Positions 28,711 to 37,983 of a DNA stretch of 52,042 bases are shown here, in pieces. The position numbers and the translations under genes were made by a program. The DNA is taken from positions 1-52,042 of the forward strand of contig VMFZ01000002.1 in NCBI GenBank assembly GCA_007376285.1, read 5' to 3'. This stretch comes from Parcubacteria group bacterium Gr01-1014_17 (GTDB lineage Bacteria; Patescibacteriota; Minisyncoccia; Phycocordibacterales; UBA10002). The notes under the pieces were generated by a model. It worked only from the letters and a program-made list of their open reading frames with translations. It did no database searches and had not been told where the DNA came from. How positions within the stretch are numbered: position 1 is the stretch's first letter; every line of letters starts with the position of its first letter.

Positions 28711-30174
28711 TTATTTCCGTGGAAATAGCGGCTTTTCTGGCATGCGGTTTTGGGTTATTGCGTCATGGATTTTTACTGCAGTTGTGGGAAGAATTGGCTG
28801 AAGCAAGGACGCGATGTGAGAAAGTTTATTCACCAACTCCGCGATTATTTTCTGTGCAGCGGTTTTATCTTTCTTCACCAATTTGAACGGCTCAGTTTCT
28901 TGAATGCGCCTGTCCAAACGCGCGATTTCCTGTGAAATATATTCTGCATACGCTTGGATATTATAAGATTCCAAAATCCCCTCCTCAGTTGAGGAGGGGC
29001 CCGCCCGACTGAACAGTCGTTCGGTCGGGTGCCGAATCGGTGAGGCTGGGTGGTGGTGTTCCTCCGCCATTTTCATAATCCGGCTCACTAAATTCCCCAA
29101 CCCGTTCGCCAAATCGGCGTTATATGCATTCTTAAACATTTCAAGTGTAATATCCCCATCTTCAAACGGCGAAATGTGGCGTGCGAGAAAATAACGCACA
29201 GCTTCCCCGCCGTATTCCGCAATAAGTACATCGGGGTCAATTACATTGCCGAGTGTCTTTGACATTTTCTTTCCGCCGCTTGTGATAAAACCGTGCACCA
29301 AAATCTTTTTCGGCAAAGGCAACCCCGCGGAAAGGAGCATCCCGGGCCAAATACCCGCATGAAAGCGCAAAATATCTTTACCGATAATATGCAGAGTATC
29401 GGCGCCATCATACCAAAACTTCCGAAACAACCAATCATCGCGCCCATACCCTAAAGCGCTTATATAATTCGTGAGCGCGTCGCACCATACATACATCTTT
29501 TGCGTTGAATCGCCGGGCACCGGAATCCCAACCGACACCTTGCCGGTAGGGCGCGAAAAGCTCACATCCTGCAGTCCCTGTTCAAGAAGGGCGAGTATTT
29601 CATTTTTCCGAGCCGCAGGAATAATTTCTAATTCGTTGCTTTCAATTCTTTTCTTTATTTCATCAGTATATTTTGAAAGCCGGAAAAAATAATTAGTTTC
29701 TTTAAGATGTTCTGGCGCTTCGTTGTGGTCTGGGCACTTTCCGTCTATCAAATCTTTTTCCGTAACAAACGCTTCGTGCCCCACGCAATAGAACCCGTCA
29801 TAAGAGGCGGGATAAATGTCTCCGGCGTCCACGAGTTTTTGCCACATCGCCTGCGCGCCTGGCCAATGAACTTTCTCATTGGATGTTCGGATAAACTGAT
29901 CGTACGAAATATTGAGTTTTTGCGCGGAAAACAAATCTGTAAAAGCCGAGACCACTCCGTCAAGATACGACTTCGTATCCTGACCTACCGCTATCGCCGC
30001 GCGCACCACTTTTTCTGTATTTTCATCAACACCAGTTAACAAATACACCTCATCTCCAGACAACCTTCTATGCCGTGCGAAAATATCCGCCAGTGTTGCC
30101 GTATACGCATGCCCCAAATGTGGCTTTGCGTTTGGATAAAAGATCGGCGTGGTGATATACGAAACATTACGCAT
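28711..30174 (-). CDS. metG: Methionine--tRNA ligase
   Basis: ITTPIFYPNAKPHLGHAY, YVWCDAL.NY, GKDILRFH, KMSKT. Confidence 0.97.
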   Translation of the reverse strand: MRNVSYITTPIFYPNAKPHLGHAYTATLADIFARHRRLSGDEVYLLTGVDENTEKVVRAAIAVGQDTKSYLDGVVSAFTDLFSAQKLNISYDQFIRTSNEKVHWPGAQAMWQKLVDAGDIYPASYDGFYCVGHEAFVTEKDLIDGKCPDHNEAPEHLKETNYFFRLSKYTDEIKKRIESNELEIIPAARKNEILALLEQGLQDVSFSRPTGKVSVGIPVPGDSTQKMYVWCDALTNYISALGYGRDDWLFRKFWYDGADTLHIIGKDILRFHAGIWPGMLLSAGLPLPKKILVHGFITSGGKKMSKTLGNVIDPDVLIAEYGGEAVRYFLARHISPFEDGDITLEMFKNAYNADLANGLGNLVSRIMKMAEEHHHPASPIRHPTERLFSRAGPSSTEEGILESYNIQAYAEYISQEIARLDRRIQETEPFKLVKKDKTAAQKIIAELVNKLSHIASLLQPILPTTAVKIHDAITQNRMPEKPLFPRK

Positions 30175-31252
30175 GCGCAGATTGGGTTGAAATCTTGCGG
30201 CGTTGGAGATCGTTCAAATACTCCATCACCGTCGTTGCGAGCGGTACAGAAAGAAGCAACCCTAGAAAGCCTGCGAGTTTCGCGCCGATAATCAGAGAAA
30301 GAATGACGAGAATCGGCGGCACGCCAATGATCTTTTTCACCACAAGCGGATAGAAAAGGTGGTTCTCAAATTGCTGAATAATTAAATACAGCCCAACAGT
30401 CAAAAGTCCTGACGATACGCCGCCAAAAAGATACGCCGCGGCAACCGCGGGAATTGCTGCGATAATCGGACCAAAGAGCGGTATGGTTTCCATCACCGCC
30501 GCCAAAAACGCAAGCGCAAGCGCATTTTCAATGCCGAGAACCGTAAGCCCGAGATACACCAAAAGGCCGACGAGTACAGCAAGCAAAAGTTGACCCTGCA
30601 TCCAGAGTCCGATTTTCTCCTGCGCGCGGCGCCAGAGCCCGATGACATACGCTTCGTGCTTGATTGGCGTTACAATGCCCAAAAACTTTGCGATGCCGTC
30701 TTCCTGCACCGCAAGGTAAAACGAAAGCACGATAATCAGCACAAACGAGACCGCCCCGCCGAAAAATACCGAGAGCGTCGGGAGAAACCCTTCCGACACA
30801 TTTGCCGCAACGATGCGGAACGCTTCAAGCATATCTCCGAACGCAAGTTTTCCAGCAAGCGGGGCGCTCTCTTCCACACCTGTACCAAGCGCGGCCTCCG
30901 CTCCAAACACTCCAAATGGGCTCCAAGTGGACACGGTATTCAAAAGCACAGGCACATTCCCGAGCAAACTCACCACATCTGACACGAGCGCCGGCACGAC
31001 GAAATAAAAAATAGCGACTGCGACAAGCGCAAATGCAAGATAAATCAAAATCACGGCAGGCAAGCGCGCAATGTGCCACCTGCGGAGAGTGCGCGCAAAT
31101 GGCTCTATCGCAGATGCGAGCACGACCGCCGTGAGCACCACCAGCACGACATCGCGCAAGTAAAAAAGCGCCAACGCAAGCATCGCAACTGCGATTGCCT
31201 TCGCAATCGTACCTGCTGAAACAGAGAAATGAGGAGATGTAATTGGTTGCAT
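30167..31252 (-). CDS. AI-2E family (PerM-like) transporter; start uncertain
   Basis: Multi-TM; IPLFGP, IQQFENH..P, GFLGLLLSVP. Confidence 0.9.
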   Translation of the reverse strand: MQPITSPHFSVSAGTIAKAIAVAMLALALFYLRDVVLVVLTAVVLASAIEPFARTLRRWHIARLPAVILIYLAFALVAVAIFYFVVPALVSDVVSLLGNVPVLLNTVSTWSPFGVFGAEAALGTGVEESAPLAGKLAFGDMLEAFRIVAANVSEGFLPTLSVFFGGAVSFVLIIVLSFYLAVQEDGIAKFLGIVTPIKHEAYVIGLWRRAQEKIGLWMQGQLLLAVLVGLLVYLGLTVLGIENALALAFLAAVMETIPLFGPIIAAIPAVAAAYLFGGVSSGLLTVGLYLIIQQFENHLFYPLVVKKIIGVPPILVILSLIIGAKLAGFLGLLLSVPLATTVMEYLNDLQRRKISTQSAHA

Positions 31253-31276
31253 ATATATAAAGAATAGCATACTACC

Positions 31277-32545
31277 CTACTGCGTCAAAAGGTCGCACAA
31301 TTTAGCTTCTGCTGGTAATTTTCCCACCGCCGCAAAGTTAAGCCGTTCGGGCGTGAAGATAAGGCGCGCGACTTCCTGCACATCGCCACTTTCCACCTTT
31401 TCAATTTCTCTCGCAATCTCATCCGGCTGTTTCAACTCCTTGCGCAAAATCTCCTGCATACCGTAAAACTCTGCGAGTTCGTCCGTTGATTCCAGCGACA
31501 AATACATATTCCCAATCAAACAATCTTTCACTTTCCTCAACTCGTCTTTTGAAAGAGGTTCAGTGCGTAAGCGCGCAAACTCGGCAAGAATCGCACCGAT
31601 TGCCTCCTCCACGCGATGGGGGGCAACGCCCGCCGAAACGGTAAAAAAACCATGGTCAGTCAGCGCGTCGTTGTCGGTCTTCACATAATAGCAAATGCCG
31701 AGTTCCTCGCGCATTTTCTGGAACAGGCGCGAGCTCATCCCCGCGCCGAGCAATCCCGCAAGTACTTTAAGCGCCGGCAATTTTTTGTCGTACGCATTGC
31801 AGGTGCGCACACCGAGCACAAAATGTGTCTGGTCGGTTTTGCGCGATTCAACGCGCACGGCGGGCGTATTTTGATTTTCAACAACGGCGGTTTTCTGATG
31901 CTTTTTTCCGGAAGACATTCCCTCAAACGCACGCAAAGCAACTTCTTCCGCTTCTCTTTCTGAAACCGCACCAGCAACAACCATGGTCGTTGCGCCGGAC
32001 ACATAGTGCTTGTCGCGGTATGCAACGAAATCCGCGCGCGTCATCGCGCGCACACTCTCGGGCGTTCCCGCTATATTCCACCCCGCCGGCTGAGCGCCGT
32101 AAAGCAATTCCAAAAACAAATCCTGCACATGCCTCTGCGGGAGGTCATTGTACATATTTATTTCCTCCACAATAACGCCCTTCTCTTTTTCAATCTCTGG
32201 TGCGGGAAACGAAGGATTGAGGTAAATGTCGGATACCACAGAAAGAATCTTCCCGAAATGCTGTTTGGCGGATTTTGCAAAATACCCCGTGAATTCCTGC
32301 GAGGTGAATGCGTTGTACACGGCGCCTATGGCATCTAGTTCGCGGGAAATGTCTATCGCTTTTGGCCGCTTCGCGGTTCCCTTGAAACACATATGCTCCA
32401 AAAAGTGCGATAACCCGCTTATGTTTTTCGTCTCATACTTGCTCCCCGCTTCCACCAGCGCCATCACTGTTACAGTTTGACTGTCTTTCATCGGCACGAC
32501 AATCAGCCGCATCCCGTTCGGGAGGATTGTTTTAGAAAATTTCAT
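31277..32545 (-). CDS. M16 family zinc peptidase
   Basis: HFLEHMCFKGT (HXXEH), NAFTS. Confidence 0.95.
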   Translation of the reverse strand: MKFSKTILPNGMRLIVVPMKDSQTVTVMALVEAGSKYETKNISGLSHFLEHMCFKGTAKRPKAIDISRELDAIGAVYNAFTSQEFTGYFAKSAKQHFGKILSVVSDIYLNPSFPAPEIEKEKGVIVEEINMYNDLPQRHVQDLFLELLYGAQPAGWNIAGTPESVRAMTRADFVAYRDKHYVSGATTMVVAGAVSEREAEEVALRAFEGMSSGKKHQKTAVVENQNTPAVRVESRKTDQTHFVLGVRTCNAYDKKLPALKVLAGLLGAGMSSRLFQKMREELGICYYVKTDNDALTDHGFFTVSAGVAPHRVEEAIGAILAEFARLRTEPLSKDELRKVKDCLIGNMYLSLESTDELAEFYGMQEILRKELKQPDEIAREIEKVESGDVQEVARLIFTPERLNFAAVGKLPAEAKLCDLLTQ

Positions 32546-32559
32546 CGTAAATAAAAATA

Positions 32560-32817
32560 TTATGGGCGCTTTAGTATATCATGTGGACCGGCGCGGCGAA
32601 TCAAATATGTGTCTTTTTCTTTTCGAAAAGTGAAACGATAGCCCTTTGTAATGCGCGCTTCCCACACATTTTCGTACCCCTCCATTTTCTTCATACGAAG
32701 TGACGGATGCCGTGCATTACTCAAAAGAAGCGCGAACTTTTTGTCCAGTACCTTTCGTATTTCTGGAGAAAGTTCCCAGTAATCACGACCAAAAGAAGCG
32801 GCAAAGCGAATTTCCAT
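32560..32817 (-). CDS. RelE/ParE-superfamily toxin
   Basis: HPSLRMKKM..WEARITKGYRFTF..GPHD; directly downstream of the Phd antitoxin. Confidence 0.85.
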   Translation of the reverse strand: MEIRFAASFGRDYWELSPEIRKVLDKKFALLLSNARHPSLRMKKMEGYENVWEARITKGYRFTFRKEKDTYLIRRAGPHDILKRP

Positions 32818-32819
32818 GT

Positions 32820-33137
32820 TTAGCGCTGAAAGCGAGCAAGTGCTTTTTTAAGCGCGGGTACGGTGTGATATCCTTTACTTACTCGTCCCGCTTGGATGTC
32901 CGCATCAGCTTCCATTTCTTTTTGTCGCCAGAGAAGTGTTTGATATGAACGCTCTATATCATCAAGTGTGTGTCGACCCTTGTGCCGTGCTTCAGATGCT
33001 ACATATCTTTCCACCGACATAACCACGGCTACCCGCCTTCCATTTCTCTCAACTCCCACAGGAGAATGCCGTGCTTCGTCCAAAAGCCGCCCGAAATTAT
33101 TCTTTGCCTCTTTTGCACTAAAGGTTGTTGTAATCAT
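32820..33137 (-). CDS. Phd/YefM antitoxin
   Basis: FSAKEAKNNFGRLLDEA..PVGVERNGRRVAVVMS; start placed at 33137 from the promoter position. Confidence 0.88.
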   Translation of the reverse strand: MITTTFSAKEAKNNFGRLLDEARHSPVGVERNGRRVAVVMSVERYVASEARHKGRHTLDDIERSYQTLLWRQKEMEADADIQAGRVSKGYHTVPALKKALARFQR

Positions 33138-33144
33138 AGTGGCC

Positions 33145-33172
33145 ATTATAGCCACAGTGGCTACTTTGTCAA
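33145..33172 (-). promoter_or_regulatory. TA promoter with palindromic operator
   Basis: TTGACA-16-TATAAT overlapping tagccac-a-gtggcta (33149-33163). Confidence 0.75.
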
Positions 33173-33302
33173 TTCAGAGCCAACTACTTCATAGTCCCCC
33201 CACCCCTGCACCAACTTTTTGTTTTTTTGACGAGGAAAATCTCCCCGGAACCCGCCACCGCAAGCCGTAGCCGGCGGTGCCAGCGTGTTCAGATAAAAGA
33301 AT

Positions 33303-33331
33303 ACCCCTTGCTCTCAGAGAGAGCAAGGGGT
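33303..33331. other. 13-bp stem, 3-nt loop hairpin downstream of the DGR-target-like gene
   Basis: accccttgctctc-aga-gagagcaaggggt. Confidence 0.75.
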
Positions 33332-33383
33332 TGAACTCGTCCGCCGATGAGGTGGGGAGTCAAGCAGACAGGAAGTCAGGAAC

Positions 33384-34001
33384 TCAAGTTGCGAGAGAAA
33401 AGAACCGGTCCTCGGCAGGCCACTCGTCCCCCGCAGCGAAGTGGTACAGGAGCACACGCCACCCATCACCGAGCCGGTCCGCGCTCACGGCGAAGACAGA
33501 ACTGCCCACTTGTAAGAAGAAGATGCTGGCGTATCCATCTTTTCGGAGACCAGTCTTCTCGCCCTCGGTTCGCAGAATGAAATCTTCAATCTGCAAGAGA
33601 TTGGTGAAGGGTTTGCCGATTTTAATGAATGTCTCTTCAGTGGTGAATTCCGTGAGTTCAAAGCCCGAGACCGTGATCTTCTTGCTTGCCGGAAGTGTTT
33701 GGGGGAGCAGTGAGTCAAAATCGTTGTCCCGCCATACGAAGATTTTCTTGTCGGTGAAGCAGTCTGCCACGACACACTGCGGTTGAGCCGAAATGGTTAG
33801 GATGACGCCAAGGTCTCGTATGAACGATTTCGGTTCCGCTGGTGGCGGGCACAGTATTTCTGCAAGAACTTTTTGTAATCCTTTCGGATTTTCAATCCAT
33901 CCTTGCATTACATCCGCCGACAAGTCGGGAATGTTCTGACAAAGTGTGGAGATGAATTTTGCGGTTTGTCGGTCGTAGGTGTTCTGTGTATTGGTATTCA
34001 C
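33384..34001 (-). CDS. Hypothetical protein, probable remote DGR target with C-terminal variable region
   Basis: C-terminus FAVSADRLGDGWRVLLYHFAAGDEWPAEDRFFS with many NNC/NNT codons between fixed residues. Confidence 0.65.
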   Translation of the reverse strand: MNTNTQNTYDRQTAKFISTLCQNIPDLSADVMQGWIENPKGLQKVLAEILCPPPAEPKSFIRDLGVILTISAQPQCVVADCFTDKKIFVWRDNDFDSLLPQTLPASKKITVSGFELTEFTTEETFIKIGKPFTNLLQIEDFILRTEGEKTGLRKDGYASIFFLQVGSSVFAVSADRLGDGWRVLLYHFAAGDEWPAEDRFFSLAT

Positions 34002-34050
34002 AGTTTTTTCCTTTCATTTATTGTTTTTGTCTTGGTCCTCCGTAACCTTA

Positions 34051-34135
34051 CAAGGTACATTGAACTACCGACAGTGTATCATTATTGATATCTTTTTGTC
34101 AATGGGCGAAAATATGGCTTTGTAGAGCCGTATTT
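34051..34135 (-). promoter_or_regulatory. Conserved promoter module, copy 1 (hairpin, TTGACA-18-TACACT, boxA-like)
   Basis: 64/85 ungapped identity to 42251-42335. Confidence 0.8.
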
Positions 34136-34146
34136 TGACGGCTCAA

Positions 34147-35373
34147 TCAACCGAGCCGTTTCTTAAGCTCTGCGGACAAGTCGGGAAGAGGTATCCGTTC
34201 CTGCTTGCCCGTATCGCGAGCGCGAACGGTTACATCTCCTTTTTCCAAAGAGTCAAAATCAACAGTAACGCAGAACGGCGTGCCGATTTCATCTTGGCGG
34301 CGGTAGCGTTTGCCGATATTGCCGTTATCGTCAAAGACAACCGCGCCGATTGATATTTTTAAATCTCTAAATATCTCGCGGGCTTTTTTGACCAATTCAG
34401 GTTTGTTTTTTAAGAGAGGGAACACCGCAACTTTTACAGGCGCAATGGCGGGTTTTAATTTAAGAACAATGCGCGGTTCGCCATTCATTTCATCTTCCGT
34501 GTAGGCGCTACACAAAACTGCGAGCACAGTACGGTCTACCCCGAGCGACGGCTCAATCACATGTGGCGTAATTTTTGTTTTCGTCTCTTCATCAAGATAC
34601 GACAACTCAACACCGCTTGCTTTTGCGTGATTGCTCAAATCGTAATCGGTACGGTATGCAAGCCCATACAATTCTTTTCTTCCGAACGGAAAATCAAACT
34701 CAAAATCAATGGTGCGTTTTGAGTAGTGTGCGCGCTCGTTGTCCGTCACTTCAAGTTCATACACTTTTTTTGCATCAATTCCTACGGCATCAATCCACTC
34801 GTGCATCTTTTTCTGCCACAGCCCAAATGCTTCTCTCCAACCGTCTGGTTTTACAAAGTATTCAACCTCCATCTGTTCAAACTCGCGCGCGCGGAATATA
34901 AAATCGCGTGGGCTGATTTCGTTGCGAAACGCTTTCCCTATCTGCGCGATGCCGAACGGCAGTGATGGGTGGAACGAATCAATAATGTTTTTGAAATTGG
35001 TAAAGATTCCTTGCGCGGTCTCGGGCCTAAGATATGCTGTTGCGGTTTCCTCGCCTGCTCCGGCAGAGGTGCGAAACATTGTATTAAAACGAGAACCGTC
35101 TGCGAGCGGGTCACTAAAACCGCTCACATGTCCACTCGCCTGGAGTACTTCGTGCTTGGTAATTTGCGCCGCATCCACGCCGTACATATCGTCGCGGTCC
35201 ATGACAAACATCTTCCACCATAACTGTTTGATATTGTTTTTGAGCGCCAACCCGTACGGCCCATAATCCCAAAAACCTGCGAACCCGCCGTAAATCTCCG
35301 CGCTCGGATACACAAACCCGCGCCGCTTGCATAACGATACGATTTTATCCAATAGATTGTCTATTTTCTCCAT
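34147..35373 (-). CDS. glyQS: Glycine--tRNA ligase, alpha2 type
   Basis: YLRPETAQG, GKAFRNEI, REFEQME, VIEPSLGVDR, IGKRYRRQDEIGTP. Confidence 0.97.
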   Translation of the reverse strand: MEKIDNLLDKIVSLCKRRGFVYPSAEIYGGFAGFWDYGPYGLALKNNIKQLWWKMFVMDRDDMYGVDAAQITKHEVLQASGHVSGFSDPLADGSRFNTMFRTSAGAGEETATAYLRPETAQGIFTNFKNIIDSFHPSLPFGIAQIGKAFRNEISPRDFIFRAREFEQMEVEYFVKPDGWREAFGLWQKKMHEWIDAVGIDAKKVYELEVTDNERAHYSKRTIDFEFDFPFGRKELYGLAYRTDYDLSNHAKASGVELSYLDEETKTKITPHVIEPSLGVDRTVLAVLCSAYTEDEMNGEPRIVLKLKPAIAPVKVAVFPLLKNKPELVKKAREIFRDLKISIGAVVFDDNGNIGKRYRRQDEIGTPFCVTVDFDSLEKGDVTVRARDTGKQERIPLPDLSAELKKRLG

Positions 35374-35392
35374 ACGAATACTCTACCACAAA

Positions 35393-37312
35393 TTACTTCC
35401 CTACAATCTCCTGCCCGCTTGTAAACGACGCGTCGGAAAAGCGTGCGGTGAGCGCTGGGCGAGTAGAGCTTGTTACAGTGCGACCAGTAAAGCGGTCATC
35501 TCCTTCGGCAACCGCTTCGCTAATAATAGTCGGCACCGTACCTGCTTGATTATCCGCTGGTACAAGCGCTACTTGAAACGCCACCTCGCGCGGACTTCCG
35601 CCAATACCAACTCCGGCTTTGAGTTCGCCCACATCCCATACAACACCCCCGCTTACTGCGTCATAACTCACGCGTTCACTGACAGGCGACACGGCGCCGA
35701 CAAATCTTACATACGATGGAAGTGTTGCAGAAACCCGCGCGTCCGCGAGGTCATTGAATGCATTAGATAGAGACCACACAATCGTATATGTTGTTTCTTC
35801 GCCAACTTTGGGCGGAATAGGACCGCGGTTTGAAAACGGACCGCTCCATCGCACCAAGCGCGTAGATAATGAAAGGTAGGCAAGTAATTTTACATCTGCT
35901 TTTACTTTTGTTTCAATTGCGCCACCTGACTCTCCCGCCCCAGCGGGACCGCGCGCCGCGATTGTTGTATTCATAGAAAATGACGGATTTTTAAGAGCGT
36001 AGACGCCGCTCCCGGGCCCGCGCACATTTACGGAAAAATATTTTACTCCGCGGTCTCCCGGCTCTAACACACCGAGAGACGAATCGGAACTTGTATCCCA
36101 CACGATAGTACCCTCCTGCGCCCGATAGTACCCGCCTTCTGGAAGCACCGACGCCGGGTCATACAGTGCGCCTTCCAAGCGCACGATAATTTGCGCATCA
36201 GTCGCCCGCGACGGCAAATTATTTTCCCATGCAATGCCAACGCGCACGGTTTTTCCTTTTTCAACAATAAACTCCGTCCCCTCTTCGCTCCCAACTAATA
36301 TGGAAAGCGCCAAAAACGGTTTGCGCAAAAGCACTGCGTGCGAGGCGGATACTAGTGCAGTGCCGATTGCGCGTCCGCCGCCCGTTTCTGCCGGACCTGC
36401 GCGGAACCGAATAATGCGCTCATCGCCTTCCGCGCCAGAAAGTACTCCGGCAAGCGTAATACGGCGCGTTCCACCCGCTGGAATATCACCAAGCGCCCAC
36501 ACTCGCTCGCCTGATGTAGGGCGCGGCGATGCGCTATTAAACGCAAACCCGAACGGGTAATCCGCCTCAACCATAATATCTCGGAGCGCAGTTGCACTGT
36601 TTGATTTCACTTCAAGCACAAGCTCAAAAGGGGCTTTATTCGCGCTCTCGCGCGGACCTTCTACGGAAATAGAGAGTGGCGCAGTGCCAAGTACCACTTC
36701 GTAGCGCGCCGTTTTTTTCAGGAGCGCATTTGAGCCGCGTACGCGGTATTCAAGTGTTGCGGAAATAGAAAGTTGTTCGCCTTCTTCGCCGAATAAAATC
36801 GCTTCTTCTTTTTTGAGTAAGCTCTCTCCTGGTGAAATCGCGCCGAGCGCTTCGCGGTATCGGCGAAAATCGGCACGCGGATTGTCCGCGCGCCTAGTAC
36901 CTTCCGGAAATTCCAAAAGCAAATCAGCGGCTTCAATCTCGGAATTGTTGTCATTCCGCACCGATACCTCAAAACTAAACGGCTCGCCGCCAGCCACAGA
37001 AAGCGGCCCGCTGAATTGCACAGACACTTTTTCGGAACTCACTACATTCCCGCCGCGAAGCACGACAAACGCGGCAAATGAGACAGCAGCGACAAAAAAA
37101 AGCGATGACACTATAAAAAGTTTTCTTGCAAAAGACATAGCGGTGCGTGGTGAAGGAGGTGGTGGCGCGTCCGGAACTGCGGGCTCTTTCTCCCATTCAG
37201 GGCGCGACTCTGGTGCCTCTGCATGGAAAACATCGTGACCGACAGAGTTTTCTTTTGGAACATCCGACTCGCGAGCGTAGAGGCCCTTGCGTATTTTTTC
37301 CAATCCGTTCAT
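35393..37312 (-). CDS. Membrane-anchored multi-Ig-like (DUF11-like) protein
   Basis: One TM followed by repeated beta-sandwich units (WALGDI, WDVGEL). Confidence 0.75.
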   Translation of the reverse strand: MNGLEKIRKGLYARESDVPKENSVGHDVFHAEAPESRPEWEKEPAVPDAPPPPSPRTAMSFARKLFIVSSLFFVAAVSFAAFVVLRGGNVVSSEKVSVQFSGPLSVAGGEPFSFEVSVRNDNNSEIEAADLLLEFPEGTRRADNPRADFRRYREALGAISPGESLLKKEEAILFGEEGEQLSISATLEYRVRGSNALLKKTARYEVVLGTAPLSISVEGPRESANKAPFELVLEVKSNSATALRDIMVEADYPFGFAFNSASPRPTSGERVWALGDIPAGGTRRITLAGVLSGAEGDERIIRFRAGPAETGGGRAIGTALVSASHAVLLRKPFLALSILVGSEEGTEFIVEKGKTVRVGIAWENNLPSRATDAQIIVRLEGALYDPASVLPEGGYYRAQEGTIVWDTSSDSSLGVLEPGDRGVKYFSVNVRGPGSGVYALKNPSFSMNTTIAARGPAGAGESGGAIETKVKADVKLLAYLSLSTRLVRWSGPFSNRGPIPPKVGEETTYTIVWSLSNAFNDLADARVSATLPSYVRFVGAVSPVSERVSYDAVSGGVVWDVGELKAGVGIGGSPREVAFQVALVPADNQAGTVPTIISEAVAEGDDRFTGRTVTSSTRPALTARFSDASFTSGQEIVGK

Positions 37313-37387
37313 GACCGAAATAATAACATAAAATCCACCCCCTTGAATCCCCCTCCTTTATAAAGGAGTGGGCTGGGGGAGGATTTT

Positions 37388-37981
37388 TCAAAGACCCGTC
37401 ACTCTAAGAGATGAATTTATTATTGAAACCAGTTGTCGCCGAAGCGGCGCAACTGAAGAAATCTCAAATGCGCCGAAGCCCTCGCCCGCCGCAACATCCA
37501 AAAACTCGCGTGGTTCTCCGAGGTATCCCAAATGGAACAAAATGCGTAGCGCGAGCAAAATCTCAATATCGCGGAGTTCTCCTGGCGCGCATGCGCGACT
37601 CTGCAAAATCGCCGCACACGAAACTACCGCATCAAAAAGTTTTTCGTGTTTCTCTTCCGGCGGCAAAAGTCGCCGGAGAAGGAGCGCCGCCCGCCCCAAA
37701 CACAGGCGGGCGGCGTCCTGTCCATCGAGTGCGGAGAAAAAGTTTGCGCGCGACACCGCGTTCGCAAGCCGCCATATTTCCCTACCACGCACAAGCCACG
37801 CATCCGTGTACGAAAAATCGGTTAGATGGTAGCGGAGTTTTGAGCGCGCAAGGCGTATGCCTTGCGCGCGCGCAGAAACGAGCCCAAGCTCGCGCGTGAA
37901 AAGCAGAATCGTCCGGCTTCCTTCGCCAACGGGTGTGCTTCCCAACACGAGTGCAGGAGTGTGGTAGAGATGATAAGACAT
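37388..37981 (-). CDS. recO: DNA repair protein RecO
   Basis: GEGSRTILLFTRELGLVSARAQGIR..SKL; LRILFHLGY. Confidence 0.88.
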   Translation of the reverse strand: MSYHLYHTPALVLGSTPVGEGSRTILLFTRELGLVSARAQGIRLARSKLRYHLTDFSYTDAWLVRGREIWRLANAVSRANFFSALDGQDAARLCLGRAALLLRRLLPPEEKHEKLFDAVVSCAAILQSRACAPGELRDIEILLALRILFHLGYLGEPREFLDVAAGEGFGAFEISSVAPLRRQLVSIINSSLRVTGL

Positions 37982-37983
37982 AT

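Noticed and set aside
33180-33300. GC-rich intergenic stretch as a possible ncRNA or tRNA
   Set aside because: No cloverleaf or recognisable family; only weak stems.
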